Assembly: GCA_016839765.1 (NCBI GenBank)
Contig: JAEOTP010000028.1
Span: 1-37,298, forward strand
Source: Promethearchaeota archaeon
GTDB lineage: Archaea; Asgardarchaeota; Lokiarchaeia; Sigyniarchaeales; SOKP01
Length of the DNA: 37,298 bases
Reading direction: 5' to 3'
Position 1 is the first letter of the stretch. Every line of letters starts with the position of its first letter. Below the pieces are notes generated by a model. That model saw only the letters and a list, made by a program, of their open reading frames with translations. It did not search any database and was not told the DNA's origin. A program made the translations under genes and the position numbers. Of the stretch, positions 9,146 to 19,106 are shown in pieces.

Positions 9146-9382
9146 ATAAAAAGGAATGGCAGTTCAATTTATTTTACTATTCCCTCGGGAGAAGTTCCAG
9201 GAGCTATTAATTTCATTGATGTATATAATAAACGTGGTGAAGTTGATATTCCAGAAGTAGAGATTAATCTCTACTATAATAGATACGGTGAACCAACTCT
9301 AACAGGTCTAGCTGAAGAAGAAATCAAAGCGAGAGAAGAAAAAAAGCGAAATCAAAAAAGAAAAATTAATTCTTTTTTTTAA
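9146..9382 (+). pseudogene. Uncalled 78-codon frame with an AbrB-like N-terminus and no canonical start (gene remnant or non-canonical start)
   Basis: Manual translation IKRNGSSIYFTIPSGEVPGAINFIDVYNKRGEVDIPEVEINLYYNRYGEPTLTGLAEEEIKAREEKKRNQKRKINSFF*; in-frame TAA at 9137-9139. Confidence 0.5.
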
Positions 9383-9546
9383 GAAAACATCATAAAATTG
9401 ATAAAATATAGACATAATACTTAATTTATTTTCATCTCTCTCCTATAAAAGCTAATTTTAGATTTAAATTTTTGATGTGAAACGTTATTAGTTCGATACA
9501 AACAGCTCCAAAGGAAAAATTCAACAAACGCCTCCTAATTATTTTT

Positions 9547-10716
9547 ATGATTCAATTTACTGAAATTTTAGGATTCAGTAGCGTTATGCCCCTAATTCCC
9601 ATTTTAGGAATAAATTTAGGGTTGAATAAGTTACAAGTAGGACTAATTCTTAGTATCTTTAGTTTATGTCAACTTTTTGCTAGTCCAATTACCGGTAAAC
9701 TTAGCGACAGGTTCGGAAGAAAGCCGTTGTTATTATTCAGTCAAACGAGCACTCTTGTAGGATTTTTTCTTCTCGGAATAGCTACTAATGTCTGGATACT
9801 AGTTGCGGCACGTCTTGTAGATGGACTGTTAGGAAGTAATATGACGGTTACTCAAGCATATATTAGTGATGTGACGACACCTAAGCAAAGAACCAAAACA
9901 TACGGTTATTCAAGCGCAGTTTTTGGTGCAGGTTTAATTTTCGGGCCTATGATAGGAGTTGTGTTATTATTAATTAGCTTTTCAGCTCCCTTTTTCTTTG
10001 CAGCTGGGGTTAGTCTTCTCTCTATTATTTTAGTATTCATATTTTTACCCGAATCAATAACAGAAAAAAAGGACAAATTTAGCTTAAAGCTTGGAGATAT
10101 TATACCCATTAAGGAAACTAAGCGTTTCTTTAAATCAGCTGAAAGTCGAGGTATATTAATAACATTCTTCATTTATAGTTTCGGATTTTTTCTCTTTATT
10201 TCAACATTTGCTCTCTATACCACAAGCCAGCTCAAAATATCTGCCCAACAACTTACATTTTATATGGCTTGGATAGGCGTTCTTAGAGTTCTATTTCAAA
10301 GCATTCTGATAAACCCAATATTGAAGAAGGTGAGCGAAAATACAACTCTAAAATTAGGTATTTTTGCATTGGTTTTCACGATGGCGTTTCTTATATTCAC
10401 CAATAACTTCTGGATCGTTTTTATTCCCATTTCCTTTTTAGCTTTTGGAACAGGCGTAACTCGCCCCATTCTCACCAGTAAGTTAACAAAAGTAGTTAAA
10501 AGGGAAGAAACTGGAAGTATACTCGGCGTAAACAATTCGTTAAATAGTATCGCTCAAATAATAACCCCAATTCTTGGAGGATTAATCTTGCAATATTTCC
10601 CTCCTCAAATACTCCCTCTCTTATCAGCAATCATATTCTCTCTTATATTTATCATATGGCGATGGGCATTTATAAAACCATTTCGAAGTAAAGAAAATCC
10701 ACTTTCAGAAGATTAA
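9547..10716 (+). CDS. MFS transporter (TetA/DHA1-like drug:H+ antiporter)
   Basis: GKLSDRFGRKP motif A, AYISD, GLIFGPMIG motif C and about 12 hydrophobic segments. The frame is open upstream to 9481. Confidence 0.92.
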   Translation: MIQFTEILGFSSVMPLIPILGINLGLNKLQVGLILSIFSLCQLFASPITGKLSDRFGRKPLLLFSQTSTLVGFFLLGIATNVWILVAARLVDGLLGSNMTVTQAYISDVTTPKQRTKTYGYSSAVFGAGLIFGPMIGVVLLLISFSAPFFFAAGVSLLSIILVFIFLPESITEKKDKFSLKLGDIIPIKETKRFFKSAESRGILITFFIYSFGFFLFISTFALYTTSQLKISAQQLTFYMAWIGVLRVLFQSILINPILKKVSENTTLKLGIFALVFTMAFLIFTNNFWIVFIPISFLAFGTGVTRPILTSKLTKVVKREETGSILGVNNSLNSIAQIITPILGGLILQYFPPQILPLLSAIIFSLIFIIWRWAFIKPFRSKENPLSED

Positions 10717-10805
10717 AATTTATAATTTTTTTATTAAAAAAATAGAACTTGTTTGTTATATCATCTCCATAATATGAGGATAATATGAGAACATATATGT
10801 TTCAG

Positions 10806-10825
10806 CGTGAAACTCAGCTTTCACG
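10806..10825. terminator. Stem-loop between convergent genes (CGTGAAA-ctcagc-TTTCACG)
   Basis: Perfect 7-bp stem 9 bp past the stop of the minus-strand GTPase gene; a terminator role is inferred. Confidence 0.35.
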
Positions 10826-10834
10826 AATTTTGAA

Positions 10835-11869
10835 TTATTTAAATGTATTATAAAGTTTATTCGCTAAATCATTAAAAGCAGAATCAACGTTTTCACCCGT
10901 TAATGCGCTCGTTTCTATATAGCTGAGATCCTGAGTATTTGCTAATTCAATTGCTTTTTCGGCACTTATTTGTAATTCTTCAGTTAAATCCTTCTTATTT
11001 CCTACAATAAATCCAACTAAATCTGGACGATTTTTTAATTGATTCTTTACATCCAAATACCAATTAGATAAATTTTTAAAAGATTTTTCATTAGTTAAGT
11101 CAAAAACTAAAAGGATGGCATCAGATCCAAGATAAAACTGTTGCCTCATCGTTTCAAATTTAATTTGTCCCGCAATATCCCATAAAACTAATTGAACTGT
11201 TGACCCCTCGACCTTAAAAATCTTATCTGATACGTGGACGCCAAGAGTTGGAATGTAACTTCTTCTAAATGCATTATTAGTATATCTTAAAATTAGAGAG
11301 GTCTTTCCAACTCCAGGATCTCCTACAATAGCTATTTTAAATTTATAATCAACGAGACCAGCCTCTTTTACTTTTTGCTCAGGAAATTCTTTCGCCTGGA
11401 CTTTTTCTTTATTCTTTAATTCTTCTAATAGATTTGATAAATTTAATTCAAATTCTTCTAATGACTCGGAAAAAGTTTCTTTAGGAGCTTTTTTTTTTTC
11501 TAGGTTGATTATTTTTTGCGTAATTTCACCAAATGGAGGAGTAAGCTGATTCATATATTTATAGAAAATAACATCATCTATTTCCCGAAATAATAAGGCT
11601 ATGGCAGATTGACCTATGCCACCTCGTCTATTTGGATCATCCCACTTAATATATTTAATCAATCCTTTCAAGTTTAATGTTGGAAATGGGAGAACTACCA
11701 ATGATTGGGGTACAAGACCCTGCTCACCTGAAAGAACCGCGATGACTTTGATTACAATATGCATTACGTCATTTGGTGAATAATTTGTAGGAAGCCATAC
11801 TAGAGGATTTGGGCCGAGTTCATCATCAAGTTGCGCGTACAAAAGTACTGTAATAACTTCTTCTGTCAT
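10835..11869 (-). CDS. uDENN/longin domain fused to a Rab-like small GTPase (paralogue of 6530-7594)
   Basis: LLYAQLDDELGPNPLVWLP; GDPGVGKT, YIPTLG, WDIAGQ, GNKKD, ETSAL. Confidence 0.9.
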   Translation of the reverse strand: MTEEVITVLLYAQLDDELGPNPLVWLPTNYSPNDVMHIVIKVIAVLSGEQGLVPQSLVVLPFPTLNLKGLIKYIKWDDPNRRGGIGQSAIALLFREIDDVIFYKYMNQLTPPFGEITQKIINLEKKKAPKETFSESLEEFELNLSNLLEELKNKEKVQAKEFPEQKVKEAGLVDYKFKIAIVGDPGVGKTSLILRYTNNAFRRSYIPTLGVHVSDKIFKVEGSTVQLVLWDIAGQIKFETMRQQFYLGSDAILLVFDLTNEKSFKNLSNWYLDVKNQLKNRPDLVGFIVGNKKDLTEELQISAEKAIELANTQDLSYIETSALTGENVDSAFNDLANKLYNTFK

Positions 11870-12108
11870 TATATATAGAAATATTATCTTTTTAATGAAT
11901 TTAAATAGATATTAGCTAAACGCTAGTAATATTAGTTTTTTATAATATAAATTTTAACTTTCTTTTTAATTATTTAATTCAAAATCCTAATTAAAAGAAA
12001 TTAATTTTCCGTTAGGATCACAAAAATTAAATTTAATTATAATTTTAACAGATTAACTGGCTAATTTTTGTTTTTACAACAAATAATATCATAATGGTGA
12101 AATAACCA

Positions 12109-12387
12109 TTGTCACAGAAGTTTAGTGAGGAGGTGGAGAAGGCTTTTAATAATGTTACCCTCTTACTTCAAGGTATGATAAACGATAGAGCAGTACCCAG
12201 AAATATTAAAAGAATAGCCCAAAGAGGAGTAAATGAGCTACAGAGAGAAGATGATTCAGCAGCAGTTCTTGCAAGTAATGTGATGTACATGATGGACGAT
12301 CTAACTCTTGATCCAAATTTACCATTTCACAGTCGAACTACAATTTACAGAATTCTTTCTATCTTAGAAAAAATAAAGGATATTTAA
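12109..12387 (+). CDS. UPF0147 family protein
   Basis: DRAVPRNIKR and DPNLPFHSRTTIY motifs; GGTGA site before a TTG start. Confidence 0.9.
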   Translation: MSQKFSEEVEKAFNNVTLLLQGMINDRAVPRNIKRIAQRGVNELQREDDSAAVLASNVMYMMDDLTLDPNLPFHSRTTIYRILSILEKIKDI

Positions 12388-12454
12388 AAAATATTCTAAG
12401 GTTTAATCTTTTTTCTTTTATATTGAAGTTAAACTATAAAAAATCTTTTTGTAA

Positions 12455-15373
12455 CTAGAATATCCCAAATTGACGAACTTTTTTACTAATTAAAGGAAGT
12501 ATCTTTTTTAGTTCCTTGATTCGGTTGTCACTCTTCGTATATATTATCTCAAAATCATCCACTTGTTCCTTATTAATCTCACCAATAAAATTTTGAGAAA
12601 TATTTGAAATTTCTTCGAAAATTTTATCAAATTTTTGAGTTGTATCTTGAAGTTCAGTATCGATATTCTTATGTTGTTTACGGATCATATTTCTCAATTT
12701 CCCTCTTGGAATTCTTATATTATCTATTAATGTATCACATGCATCAAGTAATTCATAAGCTTTTGTTTTATTCTCTGATGCTAATCTTGATTCTATTATT
12801 TCAGTTCTGTAAGTATTAATCCTCCCTCGTGCATATGTATCAAAATTTAAAGAAATAGAATCAATTCCTTCTCTTACTAAAAATCTTAGGAATTCAGGAT
12901 CATCGCTAGGAGCTTGTCCACAAATTCCTACTTTTTTACCATTTTCATGAGCGACTTTAATTAAATGACTAATAGCCCTTCTTAATGATTCACTATTAGT
13001 TTCATAATTATACTTTTTCGACAATGGGATTAATTTTTCATTATCTCTCCCAACACCATAAATCAGTTGAGTTAGATCATTAGAACCAATAGAAAAGCCA
13101 TCAAAATAATTACAAAATAAATCAGCGCAGAAGATATTTGAAGGTATTTCTGCCATGCAATAAATCTGTAATCCCTCTTTTGTTCTTTCTAATCCTTCTC
13201 TTAACATTATATCTTGAATCTTCTTAGCTTCTTCAGGAGTTCTACAAAATGGAATCATTGGAATTATATTCTTTAACCCCCATTCACGTGCTTTTGATAT
13301 GGCTTTTAATTCTAAAATAAATGCGTTTTGGAAATCATCTGAAACGTAACGTGAAGCTCCTCTAAATCCTAACATTGGATTATTTTCTTCACTTTCATAA
13401 AGCCATCCTCCTAATAAATTCTCATATTCATTAGTCTTAAAATCTGAAAGCCTAACAATACAAGGGGCAATATTTCCATCGGGTAAAGTTTTCCAGACTC
13501 CTGCAGCTATAGTTGCTATGCCTTCAGCTAATTTTTCTATATAAAAAGCTTCTTTGTCATCATAACCAACTGTTAATTCTCGGATTTTATCAAATGTATC
13601 CTTAAGTTTCTTAATTTGTTGATTAAAGGGGTCCTTATGATAAAGATCACTTTTTTTAATACTTTCAATTCTTTTGCGTTGTTCCAAAAGAATATCATAT
13701 CTCATTATTAGAGTATCAAAGTCAATTAAGGCATTTGGATGAATCTGAATCTCATCATTAATTATAAATTCTAACCTTGCTAGACCAGTTCCATCAGGAT
13801 ATTTACCAGAGGATAATGCCCCTTTTGGAATTCCTAAATTGACTAAAACTTGAGTCCTAGTATGGGGGAGTTTAGCAAATTCAATAGTATCAAAATCATA
13901 TTCTACTTCTTTGGTCCAAATTCTTGGCTCACCTTCACTGCAATCAATAGTGACAGTTTTAAGATCTTCTTCACGTTGTTTTTCTTTTATAATTTCTAAT
14001 ATATTTTCAGCTCCGACAATTGAGGCAATATTTAATTCTCTTGAAACAATCGCGGCATGACATGTAGGACCACCCCTCTCAGTTATAACTCCTCCAAGGT
14101 TTTGCATATAAGAGGTCCAATCTGGATTTGTTTCTTCCGTAATTAAGATATCTCCTTCTTCTAATAAATAAGCATCGTTGATAGATTCAACTACTTTTAT
14201 TTTACCATAACCTATTCGACGACCAATTGCTGACCCAGAATTTTCTATTAAATAACCGCTTTTAGTTAATTTATTGGAATCTTCTAATAGATAGAATATC
14301 TCTTCTGTATCTCCTTTTTGGGAATGGACAGTTTCTGGCCTCGCTTGAACAATATAGATTTTTCCATTATTCCCAAGAGCCCACTCAATATCCATAGGTC
14401 TTCTATAATGCTCACGAATTTTTATTGCATAGTCTGCTAAGATTCTTACTTGATCTGAATTCAAGCAGAATGTTTTTTGCTTTTCTGTATCAACTGGAAC
14501 TGTAATAGTTCCACCTTTTTCTTTATCAAATACCATCATTTTTTCTTTTCTTACTAGAGTACGACTGATTATTGGCAACTGTGGGCTATGTTTAAAAACT
14601 ATGAATTCATCTCCCTTTTCAATACCTTGTACTATTAATTCTCCTAATCCAAAAGTTCCTCGGATCACCACCACATTTGGATTTCCTGAATCTGGTCCCT
14701 CTGTGAACATGACTCCCGAGGTTTTTACACCTTTTAAGCCTCCAGCCATTTCTTGCACTCCCACACTTAATTTAACAGCAAAATGATCAAATCCTGCTCT
14801 TTCTCGATACATAGTTGCTCGCGTGGTAAAAACCGACGCCATGTCTTTGAGGATATATTCTAAAATTTGATTTTCGCCAGAAATATTTAAATGGGTATCT
14901 TGTTGACCAGCAAAAGAAGCATCTGGAAGATCCTCAGCTGTGGCTGAACTCCTCACAGCAAAGGTTGTATCTTCCCCTATACGAGCAATAAGTTTAAAAT
15001 AAGAGTCCAAAATCTCATCTGCTAAGCTATCTGGGATTTTTGCTTGTTCTATGGAATACCTAATATCCGCGCAAAATTTATCTACTTCTTTAATTGATTT
15101 AATATCTTCTTTTGTTAATTCATCGGAAATCTTGTTAATAGTTCGGTTAATATATTCTTTAAGTGAAATTTCCTCTTCTTTTATTCTAAAATAGTTAGTT
15201 TCTAGTATATAATCATATGCTGTTGCGGTTACAGCAAATCCTAGCGGGACAGGAATTCCAAATGAAAGTAATTCTCCTAAAGAACTATTTTTACCACCCA
15301 CAAGACCTACATCATTTGATCTAACATCATCAAAAAATTTTATATATCTATACTCGTATTCAGTCATTTCCAA
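12455..15373 (-). CDS. ppsA: Phosphoenolpyruvate synthase (pyruvate, water dikinase)
   Basis: VGGKNSSLGE, AVRSSATAEDLPDASFAGQQDT, DIEWA, QARPETV, phospho-His GGPTCHAAIVSRE, NPMLGFRGA, FSIGSNDLTQ and GICGQAPS motifs. Confidence 0.96.
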   Translation of the reverse strand: MEMTEYEYRYIKFFDDVRSNDVGLVGGKNSSLGELLSFGIPVPLGFAVTATAYDYILETNYFRIKEEEISLKEYINRTINKISDELTKEDIKSIKEVDKFCADIRYSIEQAKIPDSLADEILDSYFKLIARIGEDTTFAVRSSATAEDLPDASFAGQQDTHLNISGENQILEYILKDMASVFTTRATMYRERAGFDHFAVKLSVGVQEMAGGLKGVKTSGVMFTEGPDSGNPNVVVIRGTFGLGELIVQGIEKGDEFIVFKHSPQLPIISRTLVRKEKMMVFDKEKGGTITVPVDTEKQKTFCLNSDQVRILADYAIKIREHYRRPMDIEWALGNNGKIYIVQARPETVHSQKGDTEEIFYLLEDSNKLTKSGYLIENSGSAIGRRIGYGKIKVVESINDAYLLEEGDILITEETNPDWTSYMQNLGGVITERGGPTCHAAIVSRELNIASIVGAENILEIIKEKQREEDLKTVTIDCSEGEPRIWTKEVEYDFDTIEFAKLPHTRTQVLVNLGIPKGALSSGKYPDGTGLARLEFIINDEIQIHPNALIDFDTLIMRYDILLEQRKRIESIKKSDLYHKDPFNQQIKKLKDTFDKIRELTVGYDDKEAFYIEKLAEGIATIAAGVWKTLPDGNIAPCIVRLSDFKTNEYENLLGGWLYESEENNPMLGFRGASRYVSDDFQNAFILELKAISKAREWGLKNIIPMIPFCRTPEEAKKIQDIMLREGLERTKEGLQIYCMAEIPSNIFCADLFCNYFDGFSIGSNDLTQLIYGVGRDNEKLIPLSKKYNYETNSESLRRAISHLIKVAHENGKKVGICGQAPSDDPEFLRFLVREGIDSISLNFDTYARGRINTYRTEIIESRLASENKTKAYELLDACDTLIDNIRIPRGKLRNMIRKQHKNIDTELQDTTQKFDKIFEEISNISQNFIGEINKEQVDDFEIIYTKSDNRIKELKKILPLISKKVRQFGIF

Positions 15374-15545
15374 GGTTAGTAAATGGGTAATTATTTATAT
15401 ATAATTTTAGTTTCTTTTTGACTTTAATTTAATTTATAAGAAGAAAGTAAATAAAACTTAATACTCGTTTCTTCAATAAAATCAATCTATCAATATACAA
15501 ATGGTTAGAAACAAATAAAATGTATGAAGAAATAAAATTTGATTA

Positions 15546-16178
15546 TTAATTCACGAGAATTCCAAATCTTTTTTTATACAAATAGATCCCAACGGATGTA
15601 ATTATTAATGCATAAAAAGCATATGCTTTTGTAAAATCAGTGGAAACTACTTCCCATAAACCCGTTATTATATTAATTCGTTGGTAGTCATCATAGGATG
15701 CCATAAATGCTAAGTAAAATAAAACTCCCCATAATAAGTACCTCTTGCTCATAGGAATCTTAGGATGAAATACGAGAAATATCTGAAAGCATGCTATAGC
15801 GCCATGTAGTATTGGTCCTACGAATACATCAGCAATACTATCTATCGTAAAAATAAATAGTATTGTTACATTTAGGAATCCATAAAAACTTATACACGAA
15901 ATAGTATTTAAAAAAACTGATTCTAATTTAAAGATACAGGAGAAACTTATTAAAATAATTGTAAAATACGTTGTCTCTAAGAGTTCATTAAATCTTTGAA
16001 GTATGAACATATAGAGAATCCAGTATCCTATACATGCAAAAAGCATCAGCCAACCTAATATCTGGATAATTTTTTTAATTCTTTCATCAAAAAGATCGAT
16101 TTTTATTCTGTCCTTTTTAAATAACATTTTAAATTTTTTTAATTTACTATTTGCTTCGGTAGATTCTCCCATTATCAT
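15546..16178 (-). CDS. Hypothetical integral membrane protein (about 6 TM)
   Basis: 210-aa ORF with multiple hydrophobic segments. Confidence 0.75.
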   Translation of the reverse strand: MIMGESTEANSKLKKFKMLFKKDRIKIDLFDERIKKIIQILGWLMLFACIGYWILYMFILQRFNELLETTYFTIILISFSCIFKLESVFLNTISCISFYGFLNVTILFIFTIDSIADVFVGPILHGAIACFQIFLVFHPKIPMSKRYLLWGVLFYLAFMASYDDYQRINIITGLWEVVSTDFTKAYAFYALIITSVGIYLYKKRFGILVN

Positions 16179-16403
16179 GCGACTCTTTATTAGATGGTTT
16201 TAAGTTTCATTTAAAATTACATTTGGAGTGTGCAATTAATGATTGCTATGAAATTTTAAAAACCTTACTGAATTTAATGTCAAATTACAGAAAAAAAATA
16301 AAAAAAGATATAAAGTGATAAAAATATGGAACTGATTCAATAATTAAAATTTTAATATTTATAGATTAAGATAAATGTAATTGTCCTCCTATAAGAAACA
16401 AAA

Positions 16404-16922
16404 TTAAATTAGTTCCTTTTCGAAAATATCAAAATCAGATTGAGTATAAAGGCAGAATATCACTCTTTTAATCTGAGTATCTCCTTTAAGATATTCTTTA
16501 GCAGTGGCGATCATAATTTTTGCGCATCTATCTATAGGGTAACCAAATATCCCTGTGGAAATAGCCGGAAAGGCGATTATTTGCAAATTATTTTCGTCCA
16601 TTAATTTAAGACTATTTAATGTAGCATTTTTTAATTTTTCATCTTCATTTCCCTCCCCCATTCGCGGACCTACTGCATGTATTACATATTTGGCTTTTAA
16701 ATTGCCACCAGTTGTTATAATAGCCCCTCCTACATAAGTGCTCCCTATTTTATTACATTCTTCTTGAATTTTGGGACCCCCTTTCCTCCTAATTGCTCCC
16801 GCTACGCCTCCACCCATAATTAGTTGTGAATTTGCTGCATTTACAATAACATCTGTTTCTAATTCAGTGATATCTCCCTGTTGTAACTTAATTAATGAAT
16901 TTTTAACTTTAATTTCATTCAT
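16404..16922 (-). CDS. Macro domain protein (O-acetyl-ADP-ribose deacetylase / ADP-ribosylhydrolase, YmdB-like)
   Basis: GDIT, IVNAAN, GGGVAGAI, VIHAVGP and AFPAISTGIFGYP motifs. Confidence 0.95.
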   Translation of the reverse strand: MNEIKVKNSLIKLQQGDITELETDVIVNAANSQLIMGGGVAGAIRRKGGPKIQEECNKIGSTYVGGAIITTGGNLKAKYVIHAVGPRMGEGNEDEKLKNATLNSLKLMDENNLQIIAFPAISTGIFGYPIDRCAKIMIATAKEYLKGDTQIKRVIFCLYTQSDFDIFEKELI

Positions 16923-17034
16923 ATTAAACTTCAGTATTTATTTCATATAAAAACGTTATTGACTACTAGGTTAATTTGCATCAAAGCAAATTAAACTTCA
17001 TTTAAAAATTAAGAAAAAGATAAAATTAAACAAA

Positions 17035-17793
17035 TTACTCTGGAGGTTCTCCAACCTCTGGAGTGTTTTCACCAGTTTTTTTGAATATTTCATCCAATTT
17101 TGCACGATCCTCATCTGACATCTTACTCATAGCTTCTAAATTTTGCCTCATTAAATCCATCATGACTTTCTGTGAAACAATTTGATTCAAAACTGGTAAT
17201 GAAATTCGTATTCGTGTTAATTCGTAATACATAGTTTTAGCAGAGTCACGCATTTCTTTTAATTCATCTTTAGTCATTCCCTCCTCTCCTACTCCTGGGC
17301 AATCTACATCAACAATACTAAAATTTTTCCCATCAAATTCGAGTGGATAAACCCTGCAGCTCAATGGTCGATTATCATACACTAAACAATTTTTCTCATT
17401 TTGATTATATAAAGGACACTTAACTTCTAATAAATCTTCAATTGGTGTAATTGAAAAGGGTTCCTTTTTTGATGGATCATCACCTTCTTCTGGAGGTGGT
17501 GGTAAAGGCTTTAGAATTAAATCCATAACTCCATCTGGCTTTTGATATATGTCCAAATATGGCATAAAATTAGCAATTACACCATTTCGGGCCCAAAGTT
17601 CTAAATCCCAAAAAGTAATTGGAATTGGTCCCCTTTCTAAGCAGCATTTATCACAACGAGTACACTTAAACGTAAATTTCGTTTTTGGTTCCTCTTCTTT
17701 ATCTTTTTCTTCTGATTTCTCACTTTCAGAGGGTTTTGTTTCTGTTTCTTCATCTTTTTTAGAATTTTGAGGTTCTTTATTCTTTTTTGGCAT
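17035..17793 (-). CDS. YkgJ family (CxxCxxCC) cysteine-cluster protein
   Basis: FKCTRCDKCC, CPLY, CLVYDNRPLSCRVYP and CPG motifs. Confidence 0.88.
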   Translation of the reverse strand: MPKKNKEPQNSKKDEETETKPSESEKSEEKDKEEEPKTKFTFKCTRCDKCCLERGPIPITFWDLELWARNGVIANFMPYLDIYQKPDGVMDLILKPLPPPPEEGDDPSKKEPFSITPIEDLLEVKCPLYNQNEKNCLVYDNRPLSCRVYPLEFDGKNFSIVDVDCPGVGEEGMTKDELKEMRDSAKTMYYELTRIRISLPVLNQIVSQKVMMDLMRQNLEAMSKMSDEDRAKLDEIFKKTGENTPEVGEPPE

Positions 17794-18006
17794 TATAATT
17801 CTCCCTTTACATAATTAATTTCAATTTTAAACATGAGAATTTATTCTTAAAAAAAAGTTTTATTCTTATTATGAAAAAATTAATTATTTTTTTTATTATG
17901 ATTCAATTTATAATTTTTAAATAAATGAAACGATTTAATTGAGAATTTATGCCATAAAGCTTTTTAGAGTTTAATAATTAACTTTTTTATTATTAGATTT
18001 TGAAGT

Positions 18007-19071
18007 ATGATGAAATTTTCAGATTTGAATAAATATATAATATGGTTAATACTATCAATTCTTTTGATTGGTACCTTCTTTATTGGGGCTTCTATATCTT
18101 CAATTCCTTTGGAATTAACAAAAATAATTTTAATAATTATTGGAATTATTTTATTTCTACTTCAATATTTAGTTATCATTAAATCTTCGATTGGTGCTCT
18201 ACTTTCACGTAAGAAATTTGGAGCAGTAATTATGTATAGTTTTAATTTATTATTTTCATTCATCATAGGATTTACAATTCCTTTAATGGAATCTTACAGT
18301 AGAAATAACTTCGCAATAGTAATGCTGCCTTTATTACTAATTATGAGTTTAATAATTACTGATAAATTCTTTAAGGATTTTGAAAATAGCAAGCATGGAA
18401 ATTCAAAAATAGATATCGATCGAGAATTTAGTAGCCCAGTTATCGAGTTTGAAGGAAAAAAGTATATCTTTTCAATTCGATCTTTGATAGCACTAGCAGT
18501 TGGCACTCCACTATTAGCTCTATTAATTTATTATTTTTTTGATTGGAATGCTAATTACTGGTTGCATGAGCTAGTGGTTAAGCAAACTGTTTATTTTCTT
18601 AATTTATTCTTCGATATGGGATCAGCAGCTAGCTATTTTCCTTTTGGAAACTATCATTGGAGTTTTCTAGTTCCTGGACAGCATGGTATTTTTTTTGAAA
18701 CCTTCTGTACCGGAGTTCAAGCTATTTGTGTATTTGCAGGAATTATAATTTTTATTCCACACTCACAAGATAAAGAAACAAGTAAAGATATAATTTGGAG
18801 AAAGGCTAAATCTCTGGTAATTTCCTCGATTATATTTTATGTGGTAAACATTATTCGAATGCTTATTCAAATTGAATTATATTATCTGGGTTATCCTTGG
18901 GAATCGATTCATGTATCCATAAGCGCAGCATCATCATTTATTGCCGCGATTATAATATTATTAATGCATAAATGGATTCCAGAGTTTATTATAAGTATAA
19001 TTTATACTGGAACTTTAATCAAGAAAAAGCTTGGAAAAGTTGGTAAAACTAAAGAGAGAAATCAAAATTAA
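18007..19071 (+). CDS. Archaeosortase/exosortase family protein with extra N-terminal TM region
   Basis: Multi-TM protein with a Cys-Arg-His triad: FFETFCTG, VNIIR, WESIH. Confidence 0.85.
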   Translation: MMKFSDLNKYIIWLILSILLIGTFFIGASISSIPLELTKIILIIIGIILFLLQYLVIIKSSIGALLSRKKFGAVIMYSFNLLFSFIIGFTIPLMESYSRNNFAIVMLPLLLIMSLIITDKFFKDFENSKHGNSKIDIDREFSSPVIEFEGKKYIFSIRSLIALAVGTPLLALLIYYFFDWNANYWLHELVVKQTVYFLNLFFDMGSAASYFPFGNYHWSFLVPGQHGIFFETFCTGVQAICVFAGIIIFIPHSQDKETSKDIIWRKAKSLVISSIIFYVVNIIRMLIQIELYYLGYPWESIHVSISAASSFIAAIIILLMHKWIPEFIISIIYTGTLIKKKLGKVGKTKERNQN

Positions 19072-19106
19072 TTGACTTTAAATTAAATAAAATAAAGAGA
19101 AATAAA

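Noticed and set aside
7833-10716. Bona fide antibiotic-resistance genes
   Set aside because: Family motifs do not establish substrate; generic hydrolase and transporter calls are safer.
10761-10830. Possible SECIS element or mini-CRISPR
   Set aside because: No in-frame UGA selenoprotein candidate is adjacent, and the repeats are only 10 bp with no spacers.
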